Shown: piece by piece, positions 23,769 to 35,063 of the stretch | Layout: every line of letters begins with the position of its first letter | Numbering within the stretch: position 1 is the stretch's first letter | NCBI RefSeq assembly: GCF_001194135.2 | Contig: NC_068983.1 | Coordinates: 102,663,328 to 102,713,031, forward strand | Source of the DNA: Octopus bimaculoides | Taxonomy: Eukaryota | Direction of reading: 5' to 3' | Length of the DNA: 49,704 nt | Program-made: the position numbers and the translations under genes | Notes under the pieces: generated by a model | Seen by the model: the letters and a program-made list of their open reading frames with translations, nothing else | What the model was told of the DNA's origin: nothing | Database searches by the model: none

Positions 23769-23954
23769 GTGTGTATAATCATTATATATATATATATACA
23801 TTAATTTTAAAAAAAATATGAATTAAAATAAATATTTATTGGATTGTCAGATAAATTAATTCGTTTTATTTTTTTTGTTTCTCATTTATTATAAACCTTA
23901 TTTTTCATCAACCATTTTAAGAAATCAGTCAAAAATATATTCTTCTTCATTATT

Positions 23955-24225
23955 CATAACTTCTTGCCAACATTCCACAAGCTTGTCAATGCCTTGATGG
24001 TAGAAATCACTGGGTCTTGATTAAAAAGATTTATCAAATCATGTTTTCAGGTCTGCATTGTTATTGAATGAAATGTCTTACATACTGTTGGAGCACAACC
24101 AAAACAGATGATAATATGAAGGCACCATTATTAGGAGAATATAGGACTTTCAAACAGAGCTCTTGAATACTGTCTGTAGTCAAATTAGCGTCATGGGGGC
24201 AAGTGTTGTCATGTTGAAGAAGCAC
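23955..24225 (-). mobile_element. Mariner transposase C-terminal remnant
   Basis: Minus strand VLLQHDNTCPH..TTDSIQEL..VLYSP.. and FYHQGIDKLVECWQEV. Confidence 0.7.
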
Positions 24226-24229
24226 ACTG

Positions 24230-24675
24230 GTTGCCTGAACAATTCAGAATTTGATGAGAACAGTATCAAACTTATAATATTGCATTACAAAGATGATATT
24301 GACCACAAATTAATAAATGAGTGTCATCAGTTCAAAGAGTATTTACACCTTAGGAAATCCTGGAACACAGAAGAGAACACATCATCTAAAATGCAATGTA
24401 CAGAAGTTCTTCAGCTTACTTATGAGTAACAATTAATTGAAGTGTCCCCTTATATTACCACTGTGCATAAGCTGTATTTGACAATGCCCATCACAGGCTA
24501 TGAAGCAGAAAGGAATTCCTCAAAGCTTTCCTTTGTTAAAAATAAATTTCGGTCTACTATGACTGAAGAGCACTTAAATTCCTTATGCATATTGTCTCTA
24601 GAAAATGACATTGCAAGGAAGCTGTCATATGACAAAACTGTTGCTACAAAAAACGGAAAAAAGAGTATTTTGTGA
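24230..24675 (+). mobile_element. hAT transposase C-terminal (dimerisation domain) remnant
   Basis: YKDDIDHKLINECHQFKEY..SPYITTVHKLYLTMPITGYEAERNSSKLSFVKNKFRSTMTEEHLNSLCILSLENDIARKL matches the hATC pattern P.T...ER.FS.L..IK..LRSTM...RL..L..LSIE. Confidence 0.85.
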
Positions 24676-25021
24676 TTTTCATATGTATCTTAATGATGCA
24701 TCATGCATGTATATAATGCTTCCCTAATTTCCAGCCCCCATAACTCTAAAAGTATAAAGCATAGCCTGGAAAATATCTGTAGTGATGGGCCATGCAACAA
24801 CCACATTGACAAAGATATCGGTGATTACCCACACCTTGTTTCTGGTGGATAGAGAGGGCTCACTTTCAGACTTATTTTTAAGGAGTCCACATTACAACTT
24901 TCTGTTGAAGAGCGTAGGCTCAAAACATAAAAGACTTTCTCACCCTCCTGAGCGTTAAACTAATACACCTGTTTGTTGTTTATACACCTGTCTTCATCTT
25001 TTGATTTTTGTAAATTTCAAC

Positions 25022-25089
<68 letters not shown>

Positions 25090-25353
25090 CAACTGCACAT
25101 ATATGTATGTGAGTGTATTGTATATGCAATCATATCTATATATGCATACTCTAAATGCAATCATATCTATATTCCATACTCTAAACATATATCATAATTT
25201 CAAATGTTGTAAATAAACCTGTAAAATAGAAATGTACTTCTATCTATTCCTTCAAGATCAGATGATAAAATAGAATTTAAAAAAAAACAGAAGAAGAATT
25301 AAGTTAGAGACATTACATACAATATTTTTGTTCCTTCCTTCTTTTTACTTCAG

Positions 25354-25502
25354 GTGCCACCTTGGCAGTAATTCTTGAGCTTGATACAAACATTTCCATC
25401 ATTGTCTCAGCTTGTATTGCCATATTCTACACACTTTTTGGTGGACTCTATTCAGTCGCCTATACAGATGTGCTCCAACTGTTTTTCATCTTTTTGGGCC
25501 TG
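25354..25502 (+). CDS. SLC5A7: Choline transporter coding exon
   Basis: cttcag| ..|gtaagt, 149 bp, phase 1/0; [49 protein letters not shown] (SLC5 signature YTxxGGLxSVAYTD). Confidence 0.96.
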
Positions 25503-25793
25503 GTAAGTGAACATATGATTCTTTTAATTACTGAGCTAATTCATTTTATCCTTATTTGGTTTTTATTCACTGGGTTATGGTCATGCTAGGGCCATAATTC
25601 AGTAATTGCTTTTAAAGGTTTTGAGTCATTATGTTGATTTCAGTATTTAGTTCAATGTTCATTTTATTGTTCTCTCATCCTCAAATGGCTGAATCTACCT
25701 TTGAGTCTGAAGAAATATCGCAAACAATCTCAATCACTTTACACTGATATAAACAAATACAAACAGATTGGCCATATGTGTGCATGTCTGTAT

Positions 25794-25828
<35 letters not shown>

Positions 25829-26087
25829 CCTACACACACTCAAATAATCATATATGCATATATAGACATGCACATACACACACACAAATATATATAGCTA
25901 TATAGATAAAGAGATAGATAAATATATCCATGCATATATATATTTATGTATAATATGTATGTGGTCTGCTCAGCTAACCTGCTGAGTGGCTTCATTTGAA
26001 AGCTAAAAAATGAGTGCATTATACCATTCCAATAGTCTGATTGATCCCATGATCATGTGATGTATGTATATAGTGCATATATGTGTA

Positions 26088-26143
<56 letters not shown>

Positions 26144-26197
26144 CACACACATATATATACATATATGTATATAGGTATGTGTGTGTGTGTATTTATT

Positions 26198-26232
<35 letters not shown>

Positions 26233-26582
26233 GTATGTATGTATGTATATATATATTTTCATTGGGCTACTATACAGTTTTTATCTACCATATTTCACCC
26301 ACAAGATATTGGTCACCTGAAGCTATAGGTGTTTTCTATATGATATGGCTGTGTGCTTCTTTGTTTGGAGAATTTATTTAGTTGTTTATAGAATACATTA
26401 GTTTATAGAGTATATTTTGGTATAGAGTTTCATTAGTTAAAGTGTTTATTTGTTTATAGAATATATCAATTTATGGTTAGGGTATCAGATTGAAATGCCT
26501 CAGTGTATCCATTCCAGTTTCTTGTGCAAATATCCACGAACTTCCAGATAGATGTTTCTTTTGATTTATCTGAAAGATATAG

Positions 26583-26757
26583 TGGTTTCAAATTTTGGCA
26601 AAAAGGCCAGCAATTGACTGGTTCTTATTTTATCGACCCTGAAAGGGTGAAAGGCAAGGCTAACCTTGGTGAAATTTGAACTTAGAATGTAAAGACAGAT
26701 GAAGTGTTTCTAAGGATTTCGTCTGGTATGTTAATGATTCTGCTAGCTCACCACCTT
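26583..26757 (-). mobile_element. SINE family 2
   Basis: ggtttcaaattttggc..ctggttcttattttatcgaccctgaaagggtgaaaggcaag..aaatttgaacttag..gattctgctagctcaccacctt. Confidence 0.8.
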
Positions 26758-26871
26758 ATCTGAAAGATATATTTAAAAAGAACAATACAGAAGAGTTTAG
26801 GACTTAACACCAAAACCTCCTTTTAAAGAGATGACAGAAATAGCTAATTAAACTTTATCTCTTTTTTACAG

Positions 26872-27024
26872 TGGATTTCTCTTCCTTTTGCCATGACCCA
26901 TAAAGCAGCTCACAACATTGCAATTAATGCCACAACTAACTGGATTAAAAGTGTTGATGCCAAATATATTGGCAGTTATACTGACAGCTATCTCTTACTG
27001 ATATTTGGAGGAATTCCTTGGCAG
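26872..27024 (+). CDS. SLC5A7: Choline transporter coding exon
   Basis: tttacag| ..|gtaaga, 153 bp, phase 0/0; WISLPFAMTHKAAHNIAINATTNWIKSVDAKYIGSYTDSYLLLIFGGIPWQ. Not in the ORF track because it is short. Confidence 0.95.
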
Positions 27025-27499
27025 GTAAGATAACTTCCATTTTCATTTTAATTATACATTTGCATTTTTTTTATTTTCACTTCACAAAGATTTTGAATAA
27101 TAGCATTTTTTTACCAGACACTTATAAAATGATATCACCTTAACAAACATTTGTGAATAAGAGCATCTTTGTCATATATTTGTAAATACTAGCACATTAT
27201 CAGACATTTGTGAATGATGGTGCTTTATCAAATATAACAGCACCTTATCAGACACAGTCCCATCGTAGTTATTTGTGAATAATACTGCTTTATCAAACAT
27301 TTATATTTCAAAGAGATACCCAATGGTTCACTGCATGTTTTACCAGAGAGCAAATGACTGAAAATACTTGACCACTTGTACTTTCTTTAGCATAGATACT
27401 TTTCCTCTGCCGTTTCCTGTGCAAGCATGGGGCAATAGATGTAATATGATCTTTATAAGATGATATATCTGTATATGTGCACATATCTCTATTGTTATT

Positions 27500-27710
27500 A
27501 TTATGTGAGAGGGCAAAACATCCCATCAAAGTGACACTGGGGTACAAATATATGAAGCCCAATATACCTATCATGGCTACCTATCTGATGAGGAAACACC
27601 AGACACATGCATCACAACCATATGCACACAACATGGTGATCTCATATTGAGATAACCAGTGCATGACCTTGCAGGTGGGGGTCCAGTTAGAATTTAATTA
27701 TATAGTAATT
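27500..27710. repeat. Probable interspersed repeat (SINE/LINE-tail-like)
   Basis: GC-richer block gagagggcaaaacatcccatcaaagtgacactggggtacaa..gcaggtgggggtccagttagaattt beside an AAT-rich run; recognised from memory as a common octopus repeat; single copy in this window. Confidence 0.4.
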
Positions 27711-27749
27711 CTAAAGAATAATCTTGTATAAGGATATATAACTGTAAAC

Positions 27750-29620
27750 TCATTTCTTTATTAGTCACAGAGGGCCCAGTATAAAGGGGACAGTGCATGT
27801 ACAGGTAAAACAAGTGGGACATAAAACATAAAAGAATGAAATGAATGAAAATGAATTATAAATAAATGAAGGTGCAATGGCTACTTGAACCCCACTCTCG
27901 AGCAGTACCATTTAACTGTTCTTTATCAAAACGTTTTATCTTTCTTTTTGTGATAGCAGGTGTGTAGTCTTTTCTTTTTTTTCTTTTTTTTGCTTTTTTA
28001 TGAAATTAAAATTTACATAGTTTATACAGGGTTTCAAATCGTCATAGTTCATGACTGGAGGTAGGGCATCATACACCACCTCCACTCCTAATGGGTCAAT
28101 GTTTGACCTGAACAATTCTCTTAATTTAGCATATCTTTCCTTGTCTATCAGTATAGATTTAGTGTTTTCTGTATATTTCTCAGCCAACAATTTCACTCTG
28201 ATCACCGATTTGAACTTGGTGATTTTTCATTGAAATGCCATGCTTTTTGTGTATGTCATAATAAACGGTTTGTTTTTATGGGGCCTTTTGAGGAATCGTG
28301 TGCTATGCCTGTCTGTCTGTTTGTCTACAAGGAGAACTCTGACTATTTGGGACGGTTTTCTTTTTTTTTTTTTNNNNNNNNNNTTTTTTTTTTTTTTTTT
28401 TGTTGGTGTTACTGGTGGTGAAGTATGCTGTGTGAGTGTATCTTGTGTGTTGTGTTTGCTGTACAATGACTTCTGTTTTACTATTCTTCCTCTTCTTTTT
28501 GGGGCTTTTCAGGGGGTGTATTTACTGTTTCCTTTCTCTTTCTTTTGGGTACTTTGGTAAATCCCTCCTCCTCTGTGTCTTCCATACTCTCTTCCTGGGC
28601 TGGGTTTGTCATTTCGGTACCCCGACTTTGTTCATGCTAGTTTCCTCTGATCTCATTGCTTATCTGGTGGGTACTTTATTTTAATGTGCCTCTTTTCTCT
28701 GCCGTGATAGCACGTTGGTGGTCTGCCTTCTACCGCCACTCTCAGCTTTATGTCTTCAGGCAGCAACACCTCTTCTGCTATTTTATTCAAGTCTTGCTGG
28801 GTGGCTTGGATAACCATTTCCAGATTGTAATCCCATCAATTCATTTTCTTTGTTCTTGCCACTTGTAATATCTTTGTGTCCTCATGGGTTCCGTGCATCA
28901 CAGCTGCTACCAGCTGCTACAGCTGCTTCAGTTTCAGGTGGCACCCTGCCTATCTTAATTCTTGCTACTCTTTTGTCACAGTAGGTTGGCAGGAACACCC
29001 ATTCTTCTGATCTCAGTGGCGTGATGGAGTAAATTATTGCCTCTTCTTCGGTGGCAAACCTCATTTCCACTCTGCCATATCTTCTTCCTCTCGTATAGAA
29101 TGTTGCAACACTCTTCACTTCTTCCAGACATTTCTCTATGGCTTCCTCTGCTGCTATCTCAATCTTCTTACTGGTTATGGACAGCATTCTGTAAACCACT
29201 GTCCTCTGGAGGGGGTCAACCTTAAACTCGACCCCTCTTTCTGGATCAGTTTCTTGTACTCTTCCAACTTTTCCGGTTCAATTATAACTTCCGACACCGC
29301 CAGTGAATCCATCGCAGTGGTACGGCTTCCAGCCACTGAGACGTAGCTCCTAGCATGGGTTCATTCCAGTTCACAATACACTTTTTTTTCTGGAATCTCT
29401 TTTCCCCAAAATGGGGGAAAGAAAACAAGCAAAACAGAGGCCCACAGGCAAAACAGCAACAGTATTCAACAAAATCCAACAACTAGGCATACTTGCTAGG
29501 GAGAACTTTCAACAAAAGATAAGACTTATCTGCAACAGAATCACAAGTGGACTGCTACTTACAAGTATACAAGAAACTGTAAACTAAGCAGCTTAAAGCT
29601 GATGGCTGGTGTGGAAACAA
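27750..29620 (-). mobile_element. L1/Tx1-type ORF1 (gag-like) element with no detectable ORF2
   Basis: Minus strand across frameshifts: RSYVSVAG..MDSLAVSEV..RTVVYRMLS..GRVEMRFATEEEA (RRM-like)..RIKIGRVPPE..LRVAVEGRPPTCYHGREKRHIKIKYP (decayed CCHC knuckle, 28664-28730)..EEEGFTKVPKRKRK, then a further ~100 aa block (27936-28330). Confidence 0.7.
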
Positions 29621-29949
29621 ATGTGATTTGCTATTAAAGCCTGCTATTTCCCAACCTCATCTTATNNNNNNNNNNNNNNNNNNNNNNNNNNNNNNNNNNN
29701 NNNNNNNNNNNNNNNNNNNNNNNNNNNNNNNNNNNNNNNNNNNNNNNNNNNNNNNNNNNNNNNNNNNNNNNNNNNNNNNNNNNNNNNNNNNNNNNNNNNN
29801 NNNNTATATATATATTATATAAAGCAATATGAAGTAATTCCAATACTCTAAATTTCATCTCTTGATAAAGACATTCTTCAAAAATAATGTTTTTTACTCC
29901 AAGCAAAACTTAAACCACAAACTTTGTCAAAAATATTTTCAATAATATA

Positions 29950-31118
29950 TTGGGTTGGCAAGAAAGTAATTTCATTTTCCTCAACTAGAGTTATGACTTT
30001 TATTAATTTGAAAGAGTTATGATTTTTTTACCTTTTGATATGTGATAGCTGTTACTTTTAGTTTACTTTAGAAGTAAATTGTGTGTAATTTTTATTTCAG
30101 TGTCAATTATAACATGTAGTGCAAAAACGAACATTTTTGCCATATTTTGCTTTTTTATTTCCATAAAGACAAGAAAGCTGTTGAGGCTCACAAAGAGGTA
30201 TGTGATGTTTATGGTGTTGATTGCTTAACAGAATGCACATGTCAGAAACAATTTTAAAAATTCGGTTCTGGAGATTTTTCACTCAAAGATGACCTACTGA
30301 AGTTGATGATAACTGAATCAAAGCCGTAATTGAATCTGGTTGTCATATAGCTGTGCGAGAGATTGCAGAGAAATTAAATGTATCACACACAACAATTGAA
30401 AATCACTTAAAATGTCTTGGACTCGTTAAGAAGCTCGATATTTTGGTTCCACATAAAATGAAAGAGGTTCACTTAACACAACGAATCAATATTTGTGACA
30501 TGCATCCCAAACGCAATGAAATCAACCTTTTTTTTTAAATGCATCATCGCTGGTGATGAAAAAGGAATTGTCTATAATGACATCAATCACAAACGCTCAT
30601 ATTCCAAGTGTAGTGGACCAGCACAAACCACATCAAAAGCTGAATTGCACCAAAAGAGGTCATGCTGTCAATTTTGGTGGGATTACAAAGGTGTTGTGTA
30701 TTTTGAACTGCTTCCAAGGAACCAAACGATCAATTCAGATATTTACTGTCAACAACTAATGAAACTGGAGGAAGCAATCAAAGAAAAATGGCCAGAATAG
30801 GCAAATCGGGAAGGAATCGTGTTCTACCATGACAATGCTAGACCACACATATCTTTGCTAACTTGTGAAAAATTATTGGAGCTTGGTTACCATTTATTTC
30901 GAAGTTTGCAATAATGAGGATGACTTGAAACCACACTTAATTCAGTTTTTGGCTGATAAGAAGTTTTATGAGTGTGGAATCATGAAGTTGCCAGAAAGAT
31001 GGCAAAAGGTTATCATACAAAATGGAAAATATATAATTGATTAAAGTTCATTTTTTTAAAAAAAAAAATGACTTTTATTTCACACTAAAAAATTGAAATT
31101 ACTTTCTTGCCAACCCAA
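29950..31118 (+). mobile_element. Mariner transposon (Hsmar1/cecropia-like), defective
   Basis: TA TSD at both ends; perfect 25 bp TIR ttgggttggcaagaaagtaatttca; transposase HILLFYF..KKAVEA..VYG..REIAEKLNVSHTTI..DILVPH..IIAGDEK..WWDYKGVVYFELL..HDNARPH, with frameshifts and a deletion near 30890. Confidence 0.95.
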
Positions 31119-31393
31119 TATAACAGTATGACTTAACATTCTCTCAGTTAGTATTGTCCGAGCTTTGCTTCTAGCTTGAAGTCAATCATTGAACACTGTT
31201 TGTTTTTATAATTTTAACAACAAAATACATTCTCTGTCTTTCCTTCACTCTCTCTCTCTTTCTCTTAGTTTTTATCTTGTTTATATTTATTTATAAATTG
31301 ATCATAATTGTTTTTCAAAAAACTTGAATGAAAAAATATACCTTTTTCACGAAACTTACTGTAATTAACATCAATTTACCTTCTGTTTTTCAG

Positions 31394-31523
31394 GCTTATT
31401 TCCAACGTGTACTATCATCCAAGTCTGCATTTAAAGCAAAAATGCTGTCATATATTGCAGCTTTTGGGTGCATCATTATGGCTCTCCCTGCAATCCTCTT
31501 TGGTGCTGTCGCTGCCTCCACAG
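31394..31523 (+). CDS. SLC5A7: Choline transporter coding exon
   Basis: ttttcag| ..|gtaaaa, 130 bp, phase 0/1; [43 protein letters not shown]. Confidence 0.96.
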
Positions 31524-32589
31524 GTAAAACAAATGTTTCACAAAGTTGCACAAAGGAACATTTTAATATATTAATGTTATCTAATAAAACATACTTTTTA
31601 TGTATTTGTTTTTATAAAATTCTTGATGTGAAATCGTGTGTTGAAACAAATATTGTTACATTTGGGGATGGTGACACAGTCTGTGACCTCTTCATCAACT
31701 CTCTATGCCATGTGTCTCCTCAGAATGTGACAGAAGAGAAACTAAAATAGTAGTAATAAAACTGAAGTGAAAGCCAAAAATGTAGTGTGCATGTTTACTT
31801 GGTGAAATATGACCATCCCCAAATATAATAATACCTTTTATATTACTTTATAATGTCTTTAAATCTTTCCAACCAAGACAATCTTTAGCCAGGTCTGTTT
31901 TGAGGTGTAGGCAGACTGGGCTGTTTTCCAGGGGTCTCATGGGTTTAGGGTCATTATTCTGATCTATATATGTTGTGGCTGCTGTCAATAAATAAATGTG
32001 ATAGGGTTCATTTCATTGATTTAGGATGGCTTTGTTTTTAATAAGTGTCATCAAAAACACATGAATTTCTTTCTCCTCTAAAAAGTCTGAATGACTAAAA
32101 AGTCATTTAGAAAGTCCCTGAAACCCAAAACCATAGTGAGCATCTGCTAGAACTAGCAGCTAAATCTCCTTCAAATTGCACTCTGTCATCTTAAAAAATG
32201 AAAGACATATTAGATAATATCGTTTTAGACAGACTGAGTAGGAAGAATGTATTCTCCTACATGAATTGAGTGTTTTCTCTTACATATTTGTACTTATATA
32301 TATATCTGCTGGAAACAAGTTAGTGCAACAACTGAGTTGAGGACATCTATTGAGACAGAAACACATGTCCACAGCTGTTTTTTTGTCAACAGACAATCAG
32401 AATGTCTTTCCTTGATGGCATATCAATTTTGAAAATTTTCTGATTCTTGAAATAATCTCCTATTCTTATTTGGAGGTAACTGCTTTACTTTCTCTCTAAG
32501 CAGAAATAATTTCAGTGAATCGAGAATTTTATGGTGTATGATACTTAATATAGCTTTATTAATCTTAATTGCCTAAATACATATATGTG

Positions 32590-33003
32590 TGTGTGTATGT
32601 ATGTTTAATTTAGGTTCTTCTTGAGAGGGAGTTCAAGCCGGTCACTAACAAAGCAACAAAACTTTTAGTTAAGAAAGTCCCTGATATTTGTAAATATGTG
32701 GTTGAGTTGGTGCATTGGTTGAACTGTAAATGCGTACACCCAAGTACAAGCATCTATTCACATAAGAATCTCAGATGGAGAATTTTTTGGAATGTTTTAC
32801 AAATCTTTCCTGTGTCACTAACCGATTGGATTACGAGAATCTGCATCGGTTTTTTTTTTTTTTTTGCTCTTTCTCCATGAAACTGGGTATTTCTAGGTTT
32901 TTGTGCAAATTTGTTGGTGCATAGCCTAATGCACCTATGATAATAGGTACAAATGAGAATTCATAGTCAGGGTACCAGAGCTGTAAGTTCTGCGTTAATT
33001 CAC
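32590..33003 (-). mobile_element. RLE-type non-LTR retrotransposon 3' fragment
   Basis: Minus strand [37 protein letters not shown] resembles the C-terminal ..VPIIIGALG.. segment of RLE LINEs; it is followed by a UTR and flanked by (CATA)n-type microsatellite. Confidence 0.7.
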
Positions 33004-33216
33004 CATGTATGTATGTATGTATGTATGTATGTATGTATGTTTGTATGTATGTTTGTATGTATGTTTGTTTGTATGTATGCATGCATACATATATGTGTGT
33101 ATGTTTGTATGCATGTATGTATGCAGGCATACATGTATGTGTTTGTGTTTATATATGCATGCATGTATGTATATATCATGTTCTTAATGTCTTAAATATT
33201 TTTTCTCTCTTTTCAG

Positions 33217-33428
33217 ACTGGAACCAGACTGAATATGGACATGCTCCAGAAGGAAAGAACTTAAAACTTGTCTTGCCTCTCTGTTTGCAGTATATGTGTC
33301 CTGATTTCGTTTCATTTTTCGGTTTAGGAGCTATATCTGCTGCTGTCATGTCTTCAGCAGATTCTTCTATTCTTTCAGCAGCTTCCATGTTTGCTCGGAA
33401 TGTATATAAGCTAATCTTTCGCCAAAAA
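33217..33428 (+). CDS. SLC5A7: Choline transporter coding exon
   Basis: ttttcag| ..|gtaagt, 212 bp, phase 1/0; (D)[70 protein letters not shown]. Confidence 0.97.
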
Positions 33429-34194
33429 GTAAGTAATTTTTTTGTATTGACTTCTTTCGGGTCTTTGAGTGTGTAAGGTTTATGGTTTGTAAGCTTAAAA
33501 TTTGATGCTTGAATTTATTTTGTTTCTATGTACTTAATTCAATTTCATCTCATAAGACACTAGAGTTTGAACCAACAAGCAGTAATGCTTACCAGTGAAA
33601 TTCACAAAGAGAAGTTTGCAAGTTTAGGTCATTTGTATGTTATGAGGAGAAAAGAATATCAAAATTTCACAGGTAACTCATTCATAAGAGACTCTTTCAC
33701 AAGTGACTTTTTCACAAGTGACTCTTTCTAAGGGAGAAAGAAATTTTTTTTCAGAAAGAATTTTAAAAAAGTTTATTCTCCTCACAAAGTCCCTGATCAA
33801 TTCTGGTACATCAGCATCATCTTCCTATTGGATGGTCTGGCTCTTCATCAAATATGACAACATGAGTTCCAGTTAATTCAATCAACCAAACAGCCTGCTT
33901 GTGAAATTAGCATGCAAGTGGATGAGCACTTCACAAACATGTGTGCCCTTAACCTTTAGGAGACGACAATCCCACTCTATCAGCCAAAAAGTTGAATGAC
34001 AAAGAATAGTGTATTAGTTCATTCAATTTCCTACAGTAATATATATATACTTTTATATATGTAAAGTAATTACTTTATTTTTTATAATGTTTTGAAAAAT
34101 AAGTGCATGCCTACTGTAGAGCAGGTGAAAAGGGCTCCATATTCTTGGCATTGAAACTCCAAATGAGGCTGTCTCCAAAGGATTAATGTAGCTC

Positions 34195-34390
34195 TCAGAG
34201 AGATTCAGTGTGACACAGAATGTGACAAGGCAGGCCTTTTTGAATTGTAAGTACAACTCATCTTTGCCAACTGAGTAGACATGAAATAAAGTGTCTTGGT
34301 CAAGAACACAATGCACTGCTAGGAAATGAACTCATGACTTTATGCCATTGAGCCAAATACCCTAATCACTAAACCATGTGCCTTCACATT
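34195..34390 (-). mobile_element. Probable SINE-like repeat
   Basis: agagattcagtgtgacacagaatgtgacaagg..aaagtgtcttggtcaagaacacaatgcactgctaggaaatgaactc..aatcactaaaccatgtgccttcac has an inverted tRNA-SINE-like layout; related fragment at ~33870-33990. Confidence 0.45.
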
Positions 34391-35063
34391 CATTAGATAC
34401 AAACTTACTTAAATCGATGGTAAACCTTATCAGTTTCAGTTTTAGAAATGTTATATGTAACAGTCTAGAATCATATCCAGGAATAAATTTATATTCACTT
34501 TCTGCAAGATAAGGAGCAGAAACAACGAATATGTTAGCTACAGGTTGCAGGATGTCATAGAGTGAGTTTTTGACTATCAGCCAGGAACTATACATAAAAA
34601 TATTTTAAATTGCTTCCAAAACAGATCTCCAGGTTTGCTTTAGAAGCGATTTAGGATAACAGTAAACAGTTTGAAGTGTTTTTATACAAAGCAGCAAGCA
34701 ATACTAGCCCAGATTTTTGAACAGCACTTCAATGTGGGTATCGTTTAGCAATTAATTAATCTGAAATCTTTTCTAGCCATTAAGATGCAATTTTAACTAT
34801 CTTATATCTGTGATTCCCCCATTAGAGATAATCTGATTGTTTTCCTTCTCGCTACTTTTTTTATTAACCATCAAAATTTTCTACTCCAAATTTCAGCAAT
34901 TATTTCTGAATCACACGGTCCTTAATTTGAAGTAGAAATAGGAGTGACAGTCCTCTGACAATTTTACTTTTAACTCTCTTAATGCAAATTGTTATATCTT
35001 GTGCTAAAATTTTATAACTATTCATCAGGTTTTTGTAAATGTTGTCTTTGTTTTCTTTTTCAG

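Noticed and set aside
24163-24675. Possible host ZMYM1/hAT-derived gene exon
   Set aside because: In-frame stop, degraded ERxFS motif, no splice support, and it lies within a CHT1 intron; best read as a transposon fossil.
34989-35063. N-terminal extension MLYLVLKF.. of the 234 aa ORF
   Set aside because: It is intronic polypyrimidine tract; homology starts after the AG at 35063. The same applies to read-through parts of ORFs 31328-31750, 33009-33476 and 25362-25589.
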